Source: Candidatus Rokuibacteriota bacterium | Lineage (GTDB): Bacteria > Methylomirabilota > Methylomirabilia > Rokubacteriales > DASRDR01 | DNA length: 15,935 nucleotides | Reading direction: 5' to 3' | Assembly (NCBI GenBank): GCA_044866005.1 | Contig: JBIOTN010000124.1 | Location: 1 to 15,935 of the forward strand | Shown here: positions 1-7,824 of the stretch, piece by piece | Layout: each line of letters opens with the position of its first letter | How positions within the stretch are numbered: the stretch's first letter is position 1 | Position numbers and translations under genes: made by a program | The notes under the pieces: model-generated | Databases searched by the model: none | What the model saw: only the letters and a program-made list of their open reading frames with translations | Told to the model about the DNA's origin: nothing

Positions 1-45
1 TTCAGCCCCTTCCGCAGCTCTGGCGATCTGCGGAAGGAGGCTGAA
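1..45. repeat. Long GC-rich inverted repeat (hairpin) downstream of pdhB; possible terminator or REP-like element
   Basis: ttcagccccttccgcag (1-17) pairs with ctgcggaaggaggctgaa (28-45) with one bulge; lies about 60 nt past the pdhB stop; may extend beyond the window start. Confidence 0.6.
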
Positions 46-104
46 GGGGTCCCACTTCGCCCGGCCGGCTGCGGGGCAGCGCCGGCGCCACCCGCGGCGG
101 CCGT

Positions 105-1097
105 TCAAAAGGCGAGGGTCTCCCGTACGGCCCGAAGGACGGCGTCGGCGTCGGGGATCCAGCCCCGCTCGCGCGCGAAGCCGGGATAGACGATGTCCGG
201 CGCCGTGACGCGACGCACGGGGGCCTGGAGCTGGAGGAACGCGCTCTCCACGATCCGCGCCATCACCTCGGCGCCGACCCCGCACGTCCGCTGGGCCTCG
301 TGGGCCACCACGGCGCGACCGGTCTTGCGCACGGAGGCGGCGATCGTCTCGGTGTCCATCGGGGACACCGACAGCAGGTCGATCACCTCGATCTCGGCGC
401 CGTCCTCGACCTTCACCCGATCGGCCACCTCGAGGCACTTGTGCAGCATCGCCCCGTACGCGACGAGCGTCAGGGCACTCCCTTCCCGGGCCACGCGCGC
501 CTTGCCGATCGGCCAGGTCTCCTCGGCGTCCGGGACCTCCTCGCGGACCGCGTGGTAGAGCGATTTGGGCTCGAAGAAGACGACCGGGTCGGGGTCCCGG
601 ATCGCGCTCACCAGGAGCGCCCGGGCGTTGCGTGGCGTGGACGGCACCACGATCTTGAGGCCGGGCGTGTGGGCGTAGTAGGCCTCTTCGCTCTCGGAGT
701 GATGCTCGAGCGCGCGGATCCCGCCGCCGTAGGGCATGCGGATCACCATCTGGATGTGGTACCGGCCGCGCGTCCGGGCCCGATAGCGGGCAGCGTGGTT
801 CTCCACCTGGTGAAAGGCCTGGAAGGCGAAGCCGGAGAACTGGATCTCGGGGATCGGCTTGAGGCCGTAGATCGCCATGCCGATCGCCATGCCCACGATC
901 GCGCCCTCGGCGAGCGGCGTGTCGATCACCCGCTGCTCGCCGAACTTCTTGAGCAGCCCCTCCGTGACCCGGAAGACGCCCTCGTCGACCCCGACGTCCT
1001 CGCCGAGCACCATGACGTCGTCGTCGCGCTCCATCTCCTGGTGGAGGGCGAGATTGATCGCCTTCACCATCGTGAGCTTCCGGCTGTCGTTGGCCAT
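105..1097 (-). CDS. pdhB: 2-oxoacid (pyruvate or branched-chain) dehydrogenase E1 beta subunit
   Basis: Motifs LGEDVG, GVFRVT, DTPLAE, EIQF, HSES, DPDPVVFFEPK, EVIDL, VRKTGR; ATG 1097 preceded by AGGAGAG Shine-Dalgarno (1104-1110); 330 aa. Confidence 0.93.
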   Translation of the reverse strand: MANDSRKLTMVKAINLALHQEMERDDDVMVLGEDVGVDEGVFRVTEGLLKKFGEQRVIDTPLAEGAIVGMAIGMAIYGLKPIPEIQFSGFAFQAFHQVENHAARYRARTRGRYHIQMVIRMPYGGGIRALEHHSESEEAYYAHTPGLKIVVPSTPRNARALLVSAIRDPDPVVFFEPKSLYHAVREEVPDAEETWPIGKARVAREGSALTLVAYGAMLHKCLEVADRVKVEDGAEIEVIDLLSVSPMDTETIAASVRKTGRAVVAHEAQRTCGVGAEVMARIVESAFLQLQAPVRRVTAPDIVYPGFARERGWIPDADAVLRAVRETLAF

Positions 1098-1137
1098 CCC
1101 GAGCTCTCCTGGATGTCGCGCCACGCCCGTCGCGGCC

Positions 1138-2232
1138 TCAGCCGCCCGGGGCTTCCCCGACCTCGGCCAGCTGGCGCACCAGCTCCTCTCGCTGCTTCTC
1201 GAGGTGCGGCGACCGCTCTGCGTAGACGTGATCGAAGACGTCGAGCAGGTTCGGCCGCATCCGGGCCTCGGCCCGCTCGATGGCCGCGCGGATCTCGGCG
1301 TCGACCTCGGCTTCCATTTCGGCGTGACTCCGCTCGTCCACCACGCCCTTCGACTCCACGTAGCGGCGGAAGCGGGGCAGCGGCTCCTTCGCCTCCCACG
1401 CCTTCACCTCGTCTTCGTCCCGATACTTGGTCGGGTCGTCGGCGGTGGTGTGCATGGAGAGCCGATAGGTGACCGTCTCGACGAGCGTGGGCCCCCCGCC
1501 CTGTCGCGCGCGGTCCACGGCCGCCTTGGTCGCGGCGTAGACCGCGAGGAGGTCGTTGCCGTCCACCTGGACGCCCGGGAAGCCGTACGCCGTCGCCTTC
1601 TGCGCCAGCGTCCGGGCGCGGGTCTGCCGGGAGCGCGGGACCGAGATCGCCCACTGGTTGTTGAGGACCACGAAGACGAGCGGGACCTGGAACACGCCGG
1701 CGAAGTTCATCGCCTCCTGGCAGTCCCCGTGCGACGTCGCCCCGTCGCCCAGGTAGGCGAGCGTCACGCTGTCCTCGCCCTTGTACCGCGCGGCGTACGC
1801 GACCCCGACGGCGTGCGGGAGCTGGCTCGCGATGGGGATACAGAGGGGAAGGTCGCGGTGCCCGTCCGGCACGCGCATCCCTTCGGCGAAGCCGGCGTAG
1901 TAGAGGATGAGGTTGTCGAGCGGCCACCCCCGCCACATGTAGGCCGGCCACTCGCGGTAGTAGGGGACGAGCCAGTCGTTCGGGCGGAGCGTGTACACGC
2001 TGCCGAGCACGGCCGCCTCGTGTCCCCGGGTGGGGCCGAAGGTGCCGATCCGGCCCTGACGCTGGAGGCGGAGCATGCGCTCGTCGAACCGCCGGGCCAG
2101 GAGGAACGTCCGGTAGAGCCGTCGGAGGTCGTCGGGGGGAATCGCCGGCTCGAGCGCCGTGTCGAGGGTGCCGTCGGCGTCGAGGATGGAGATGTATTCG
2201 ACGGGAGGGAGGTCGAGGCTCCGTCGCGGCAT
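1138..2232 (-). CDS. pdhA: 2-oxoacid (pyruvate or branched-chain) dehydrogenase E1 alpha subunit
   Basis: ThDP-binding GDGATS...NNQWAIS motif, LQRQGRIG, GHEA, VDGND, YRLSMHTTADDPTKYR; ATG 2232 with AAAGGGGG upstream; 364 aa; directly upstream of E1 beta. Confidence 0.93.
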   Translation of the reverse strand: MPRRSLDLPPVEYISILDADGTLDTALEPAIPPDDLRRLYRTFLLARRFDERMLRLQRQGRIGTFGPTRGHEAAVLGSVYTLRPNDWLVPYYREWPAYMWRGWPLDNLILYYAGFAEGMRVPDGHRDLPLCIPIASQLPHAVGVAYAARYKGEDSVTLAYLGDGATSHGDCQEAMNFAGVFQVPLVFVVLNNQWAISVPRSRQTRARTLAQKATAYGFPGVQVDGNDLLAVYAATKAAVDRARQGGGPTLVETVTYRLSMHTTADDPTKYRDEDEVKAWEAKEPLPRFRRYVESKGVVDERSHAEMEAEVDAEIRAAIERAEARMRPNLLDVFDHVYAERSPHLEKQREELVRQLAEVGEAPGG

Positions 2233-2263
2233 TCGGCCCCCTTTCGGATTGTCTCCTGAGGTC

Positions 2264-2293
2264 ATTGTCCCATCATGACCGGCCGCGGGTCAA
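2264..2293 (-). promoter_or_regulatory. Putative sigma-70 promoter for pdhAB
   Basis: On the - strand TTGACC (2293-2288), 18 nt, GACAAT (2269-2264), about 30 nt upstream of the pdhA ATG. Confidence 0.45.
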
Positions 2294-2329
2294 CTTGCGA
2301 GGCTCCCGGACACCCCGGCGGGTCGGTAG

Positions 2330-2335
2330 TACGAT
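2330..2335 (+). promoter_or_regulatory. Putative -10 element of a near-leaderless transcript for the membrane protein gene
   Basis: TACGAT 8 nt before ATG 2344 (5 nt before in-frame TTG 2341); no Shine-Dalgarno in between. Confidence 0.4.
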
Positions 2336-2343
2336 CGTCCTTG

Positions 2344-3183
2344 ATGATCTGGTACGGCTGGCTCGGCCTCGGCGTGCTCCTCCTGAGCCAGGCCCTCCTG
2401 CCCTGGCGACTCGAGCTGCACGCGCAGTGGTTCACCCCGATCATGTGGACCGGCTACATCCTGCTGGCGGATGCCCTGGTCCTCCGGTGGCGCCGCGCCT
2501 CGCTCATCCACGACCACCCGCGCGAAGCCGCCTTCATGGCCACCGTGTCGATCCCCCTGTGGGTGGTCTTCGAGCTCTACAATCTCCGCCTCCAGAACTG
2601 GGCGTACTTCGGGCTGCCCGAGCCGCCCTGGCTCGCGGCGATCGGCTACGCGTGGGCATTCGCGACGATCACGCCGGGACTCTTCGAGACGGCGGCGCTC
2701 CTCGAGGCGGTCGGGATCGGGCGCGTCGCGCGGCGACCCGCCGCCGCGCCCGCCGCGGCCGGCTTGCGTGCGGCCGTCGCGGTGGGCGCCGTGTTCCTCG
2801 TCGTCCCCCCGCTCCTGCCCGCGCCCCTGCGGCCCTGGACGTTCGGGTTCGTCTGGCTCGGCTTCCTGCTGCTCCTCGACCCGCTCAACTACCGCGCGGG
2901 ACGACCCTCGCTCACCGCGGCGTGGGCCCGCGGCGACCGCGGGCTCGCGTACCGCTGGCTCCTCGCCGGGCTCGTCTGCGGCCTGCTGTGGGAATTCTGG
3001 AACTACTGGGCCATCGGGAAGTGGAAGTACGTGGGGGTCCCGGTGCTCCCCGACTGGAAGCTCTTCGAGATGCCGCTCGTGGGCTATCTCGGCTTCCCCC
3101 CCTTCGCACTGGAGGTGTTCGCGATGTATCATTTCGTCCGGCCTCTCTCCGGGATGGCCGAGGCGAACCCTTCACAGAGCTAG
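2344..3183 (+). CDS. Hypothetical polytopic membrane protein (about 8 TM) with two-fold internal repeat
   Basis: Multiple hydrophobic helices, Trp/Phe-rich; repeated motif WVVFELYN..LQNWAY versus LLWEFWNYWAIGKWKY; ends with FEMPLVGYLGFPPFALE; normal GC3-rich codon usage; 279 aa. Confidence 0.8.
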   Translation: MIWYGWLGLGVLLLSQALLPWRLELHAQWFTPIMWTGYILLADALVLRWRRASLIHDHPREAAFMATVSIPLWVVFELYNLRLQNWAYFGLPEPPWLAAIGYAWAFATITPGLFETAALLEAVGIGRVARRPAAAPAAAGLRAAVAVGAVFLVVPPLLPAPLRPWTFGFVWLGFLLLLDPLNYRAGRPSLTAAWARGDRGLAYRWLLAGLVCGLLWEFWNYWAIGKWKYVGVPVLPDWKLFEMPLVGYLGFPPFALEVFAMYHFVRPLSGMAEANPSQS

Positions 3184-3201
3184 GCGGAGGACCAGACGAC
3201 C

Positions 3202-3633
3202 GTGGCGACCAAGCGTGGCAAGCGCGGACGGGGGAAGACGACGGCGAAGGGGAGCGCGAAGGCGCGAAGCGCGCGCACGCCGGCACGCGGCGCCGAGCGG
3301 GGCAGGGGCGAGCGACGCACGGCGCGGGCGCCGGAGCGGCGCGGCGTGGAGCGGCGGACCACGCCGGACCGCCGCGCGGGCGCGGCCGGCCTCGGGGGCG
3401 GGCTCCTCCAGCGCGCCGAGGCGCTCAGCGATGCGATCCGGCGCAGCAAGCTGACCGCGCCGGACCCGTGGCGCTACACCACGAAGGCGCGCGCGTGGGG
3501 CCAGCGGGCCGACGAGCTGGTCACGCGCCTTCGCGCGAGCGGCGAGACCGCCACGCTCCGCCAGGCGGTCCAGGCGCTGAGCGCCGAGCTCGACGCCGAC
3601 CGCGACTTCCAGGCAGCCCGGCGCCTGTTTTAA
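3202..3633 (+). CDS. Small hypothetical protein with very basic N-terminal region and helical C-terminal domain
   Basis: GTG 3202 with GGAGGA SD at 3186-3191; 18 nt after the previous stop; 22 K/R in the first 59 residues; followed immediately by a perfect hairpin. Confidence 0.7.
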   Translation: MATKRGKRGRGKTTAKGSAKARSARTPARGAERGRGERRTARAPERRGVERRTTPDRRAGAAGLGGGLLQRAEALSDAIRRSKLTAPDPWRYTTKARAWGQRADELVTRLRASGETATLRQAVQALSAELDADRDFQAARRLF

Positions 3634-3665
3634 CCTCGGGGGGGTGTCGAAACACCCCCCCGAGG
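3634..3665. terminator. Perfect 14-bp stem-loop between convergent genes (terminator or REP-like element)
   Basis: CCTCGGGGGGGTGT-CGAA-ACACCCCCCCGAGG starting right after the TAA at 3633; no clear U-tract on either strand. Confidence 0.6.
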
Positions 3666-3695
3666 CCCCTACCTCTTCGGGCCGGGTGGGTGGGC

Positions 3696-3712
3696 CGGCG
3701 GCGAAGCCGCCG
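3696..3712. repeat. Second short hairpin CGGCGGC-GAA-GCCGCCG
   Basis: 7-bp perfect stem with GAA loop, containing the GCGAAGC mini-hairpin core. Confidence 0.55.
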
Positions 3713-3751
3713 CTCGGAGGTTTCGCCCGCGGCTGGCTCGGAGCGGATTAG

Positions 3752-4750
3752 TCAGCGGCGCCAGACCGGGGACTCGCGCGGGGCGTTCTCCTCCTCGACG
3801 GGTTCCTCGACGGGTTTCGGCGCCCGCAGCTCCGCCTTCCGCTCCTCGATCATCCGCCGGCGCCGCTGCAGGTAGCCGTTCCGGACGGAGCTGTACAGGT
3901 CCAGCACGCTCTCCTCCACGTCCTGGAAGAACTCGAGATTCAGGGAGCGCTCGTTCACCGTCCGCGTGGCCGTCTTCCCGAGGTTCACCGGCAGCGGGAG
4001 GAGCCAGCTCAGGGGATCCATCGCGATGTCCGCCGCGTAGCCGATCCCGTCCCGGACCGTGAGCGGCGGCAGCACGGGCAGGATCAGGTAGGGACCGGGC
4101 CCGACGCCGTACACGCCGAGCGTCTGCCCGGTGTCCGCGTCGCTCGGCGGGAGGCCGGTCGCCCCCGCGAAGTCGAAGAGGCCGGCCAGGCCGATGGTCG
4201 AGTTGAGCAGGAAGCGGGCCAGCTCCCCCGCGGCCCCCCGGTGGTTGAGCTGGAGCACGTGGTTCACGAAGCGCCGCGGCATGCCGAGGTTGTCGAAGGC
4301 CTTGGCCAGATGCGTCTGGACGGGGTCGGGCAGGAGCCGGTCCCACCACGTCGCGGCCGGCTTGAGCACGTAACGGTCCACGACCTCGTAGTTGAACTTG
4401 AACATCCGCTCGTTGAACGGCTCCCAGGGGTCGTAATCCTCGATCCCCTCGAGCTCGGCCTCCTCGTCCTCCTCTGCGGGGGCGGGTGGGGCGCCGGGGG
4501 TCCCGGCCTGGGCCGTCGCGGTCAGGGGCGGCACGGCGGGCGCCGGCGCCCCGGCGCCGCCCGCGGGCGCGGGGGCGAGGCCCGGACCGATCCGGCCCGC
4601 CGGCACGGGCGGCGCGCCGGCCGCGACGCCGCGGTCGAAGGCGTCCTTCACTTCCGCCCGCGCGTCGCTCGCGCGGAAGACCGTGAGCCCTCCGACCGCG
4701 ATCAGCACTGCGAGGATCGCTACCCACGCTCGGCCGAAGCGGCGTGCCAC
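3752..4750 (-). CDS. mlaA: MlaA/VacJ family outer-membrane lipid-asymmetry protein, lacking a lipoprotein cysteine
   Basis: DPWEPFNERMFKFN, RFLLNSTIGLAGLFDFA, DTGQTLGVYGVGPGPYLILPVLPPLTVRDG, DLYSSVRNGYLQRR; GTG 4750 is 6 nt after a GAGGAGG SD; signal peptide then Pro/Ala-rich linker; 332 aa. Confidence 0.9.
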   Translation of the reverse strand: MARRFGRAWVAILAVLIAVGGLTVFRASDARAEVKDAFDRGVAAGAPPVPAGRIGPGLAPAPAGGAGAPAPAVPPLTATAQAGTPGAPPAPAEEDEEAELEGIEDYDPWEPFNERMFKFNYEVVDRYVLKPAATWWDRLLPDPVQTHLAKAFDNLGMPRRFVNHVLQLNHRGAAGELARFLLNSTIGLAGLFDFAGATGLPPSDADTGQTLGVYGVGPGPYLILPVLPPLTVRDGIGYAADIAMDPLSWLLPLPVNLGKTATRTVNERSLNLEFFQDVEESVLDLYSSVRNGYLQRRRRMIEERKAELRAPKPVEEPVEEENAPRESPVWRR

Positions 4751-4869
4751 TGTGCGCCTCCTCACTCGTGGTCGAGCCCGCGCGACCCCGGCCTGAGCGT
4801 CCGGGAACGGGACGTCCGCGGCTCTGTCCGGAATTGTGCTCGGGGCCCCGGCGGCCGGCGGCGCGGAGG

Positions 4870-5439
4870 TCACCACCACTGGGTACCCTTGACCTTGAAC
4901 AGGTAGTGATCCCAGTTGCCCGCGACCCCGCAGTAGCCGAAGAGGGCGAGCGAGAGCAGGACCGTGACCGGAAGCGGCCACAGCGGATACGCCATCAGCA
5001 CGAGGAGGACGAGGCCCTTGCCGTAGAGCCCCTTCCGGAAGTACCAGAGCGGCCCCAGGACGAACGCGGGCCAGCTCCACGTCGGCGCGAACCGGCCGCC
5101 GCGCGCCGCGAAGAGCCCGAAGCCCGGCTCGGCGTCCCCACCGTCTCGCCCGGGAGCGCCGAGCAGCTCGACCGGGAGGAGGATGACGGCGGCAGGCGGC
5201 GCGCCGGCCGCGTAGAGCTCGCGGAGGAGCGCGGCGGCCTCCGGCTCCGAGAGCGGAAGGCGGCCCACGAAGCCCACGGCTTCGAGCGTGTCCGGGAGCG
5301 CGCCCGGATCCTCGGCGGGAAAGCGCCCGGCGAGCCGCCGCGCGACCTCCCGCCGCACGCCCGCGTCGGCGATCGGCCGGACGCGCAGCTCGTGCAGCCG
5401 CGACCCGCCCGCGGCCGCCGTCACCCCGCGCCCGCTCAC
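4870..5439 (-). CDS. Hypothetical membrane protein with C-terminal DUF2628-like domain
   Basis: WSWPAFVLGPLWYFRKGLYGKG followed by hydrophobic helices and GNWDHY resembles DUF2628; start codon uncertain (GTG 5439 or a nearby GTG). Confidence 0.65.
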   Translation of the reverse strand: MSGRGVTAAAGGSRLHELRVRPIADAGVRREVARRLAGRFPAEDPGALPDTLEAVGFVGRLPLSEPEAAALLRELYAAGAPPAAVILLPVELLGAPGRDGGDAEPGFGLFAARGGRFAPTWSWPAFVLGPLWYFRKGLYGKGLVLLVLMAYPLWPLPVTVLLSLALFGYCGVAGNWDHYLFKVKGTQWW

Positions 5440-5587
5440 CGGGGACCCCTCATGGCAGGCCTCGGCCGGCGTGGGGCAGAGGACGGGCGAGGCCCCCAGA
5501 GGCCGGGACGGCCGCGAGGCCGCAGGCCCAGCGCGTCCCGGCCGTGATGCAGGACGCCGGGAGGCGACGGGGATGGGGCGGGGCCGC

Positions 5588-6616
<1,029 letters not shown>

Positions 6617-6640
6617 CGTCGGCGCCGGGAGCCCCCGGCC

Positions 6641-7654
6641 TCAGGCCGGCCGGAGCCGGAGGAGGCGCCGGGCATTGCCCTCGTAGATCTTCGCCCGGTC
6701 CTCCGGCGTGACCCGCATCCGCTCCATCGCGGCGATCGTCTCGCGGATGAACCCCGGCCCGCGCTCCGGATCGAAGGGCATGTCGGTCCCGAACAGCACG
6801 CGATCGGCACCGAAGAAGGCCAGCCCGCACTCCAACGCGTGCGAGGCGCCGAAGAGCGCGGTGTCGGCGTGGAACATCCGGAAATAGTCGACCGGCCGCC
6901 GCTTGAGGCGCCGGAGGGCGGCCCCGTCTTCGGGATCGTCCGTGCGCGTGCCGAGCTGATCGAGCCCGTGGCTGGCCCGGCCCTCGAAGTGGGGGAGCAT
7001 GGCGCCCATGTGGTGCGTGATGATCACGAGCTCGGGGAACCGGTCGAAGAGGCCGGTGAAGACGAGCCGGCCCATGGCGATCGTCGTCTCGTAGGGCCAG
7101 CCGAACGCCCACCACAGATCGTACTTCGAGCGCGGCTCGCCCGCATAGTCGGGGAAGCTCGCCGGCCGCGCCGGATGGATCCAGATGGGGAGGTCGAGCT
7201 CCGCCATCCGCTCGAAGATGGGCTGAAATTCCGGCAGGTCGAGCGGGCGGCCGTTGACGTTGGAGAAGATCTGGATCCCGGTCGCGCCGAGCGCGCCGAG
7301 GGCCCGGTCGATCTCCTGGCAGGCCGCGTCGGGGTCGCTCATCGGCAGCGACGCGACGAAGGCCGGGAAGCGGTCGGGGTGGCGCGTGACGAGCTCGGCC
7401 ATCCCGTCGTTCGCGAGCCGCGCCAGCTCCATCGCCACGCCCGGGGAGCCGAGCGCCTCGATGGGCGGCGAGGCCAGCGTGAGCACCTGCACGTAGTCGT
7501 CGTAGCGGTCCATGACGCGGAAGCGCTCGTCCAGGTCGACGAGGACCGGGATCGCGCGCACGCGCTTCTGCATGTAGAGGCCGCCGGGCACGACTTCGAG
7601 CATGCGTTCGTAGAACCGCGGGGGGAAGATGTGCGGGAAGACGTCGATCTTCAT
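6641..7654 (-). CDS. Amidohydrolase-2 family protein (ACMSD/decarboxylase/hydratase-like TIM barrel)
   Basis: MKIDVFPH, ARLANDGMAE..HPDRF, PIWIHP, GWPYET, FDRFPEL.IITHHMG, DRVLFGTDMPF, KIYEGNARRLL; 337 aa. Confidence 0.9.
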   Translation of the reverse strand: MKIDVFPHIFPPRFYERMLEVVPGGLYMQKRVRAIPVLVDLDERFRVMDRYDDYVQVLTLASPPIEALGSPGVAMELARLANDGMAELVTRHPDRFPAFVASLPMSDPDAACQEIDRALGALGATGIQIFSNVNGRPLDLPEFQPIFERMAELDLPIWIHPARPASFPDYAGEPRSKYDLWWAFGWPYETTIAMGRLVFTGLFDRFPELVIITHHMGAMLPHFEGRASHGLDQLGTRTDDPEDGAALRRLKRRPVDYFRMFHADTALFGASHALECGLAFFGADRVLFGTDMPFDPERGPGFIRETIAAMERMRVTPEDRAKIYEGNARRLLRLRPA

Positions 7655-7664
7655 GCCGCGCCCG

Positions 7665-7692
7665 ATTCTAGCGGCTCCCGGCGCGGAGTCAA
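7665..7692 (-). promoter_or_regulatory. Sigma-70 promoter of the amidohydrolase-LLM operon, near-leaderless
   Basis: TTGACT (7692-7687), 16 nt, TAGAAT (7670-7665), then 10 nt to ATG 7654; no SD. Confidence 0.65.
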
Positions 7693-7755
7693 GGCACGGG
7701 CCCAAGGGGCGGCGGCGCCGGGCCCACCGCGCGCGCGCACACCGCGCCGCGCCCC

Positions 7756-7784
7756 TTGACGGCGCCCCGCCCTCGACCGATCCT
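7756..7784 (+). promoter_or_regulatory. Possible sigma-70 promoter for the amidase-transporter operon
   Basis: TTGACG (7756-7761), 17 nt, GATCCT (7779-7784; weak -10); SD GGAGG at 7812-7816. Confidence 0.35.
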
Positions 7785-7824
7785 GGGGCGGACCACTCCC
7801 GATGGTTCACCGGAGGCCTCCATC

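Noticed and set aside
300..2259. + strand ORFs 300..1472 and 877..2259
   Set aside because: Antisense shadows of pdhB/pdhA caused by GC3 bias; no recognisable motifs
2265..3875. 536-aa + strand ORF and other overlapping frames
   Set aside because: Arg/Pro-rich alternative frames of the membrane protein and small basic protein genes
4735..4749. Sigma-54-like TGGCACG-N4-TTCG on the - strand
   Set aside because: The -12 GC is replaced by CG and the site overlaps the mlaA start codon
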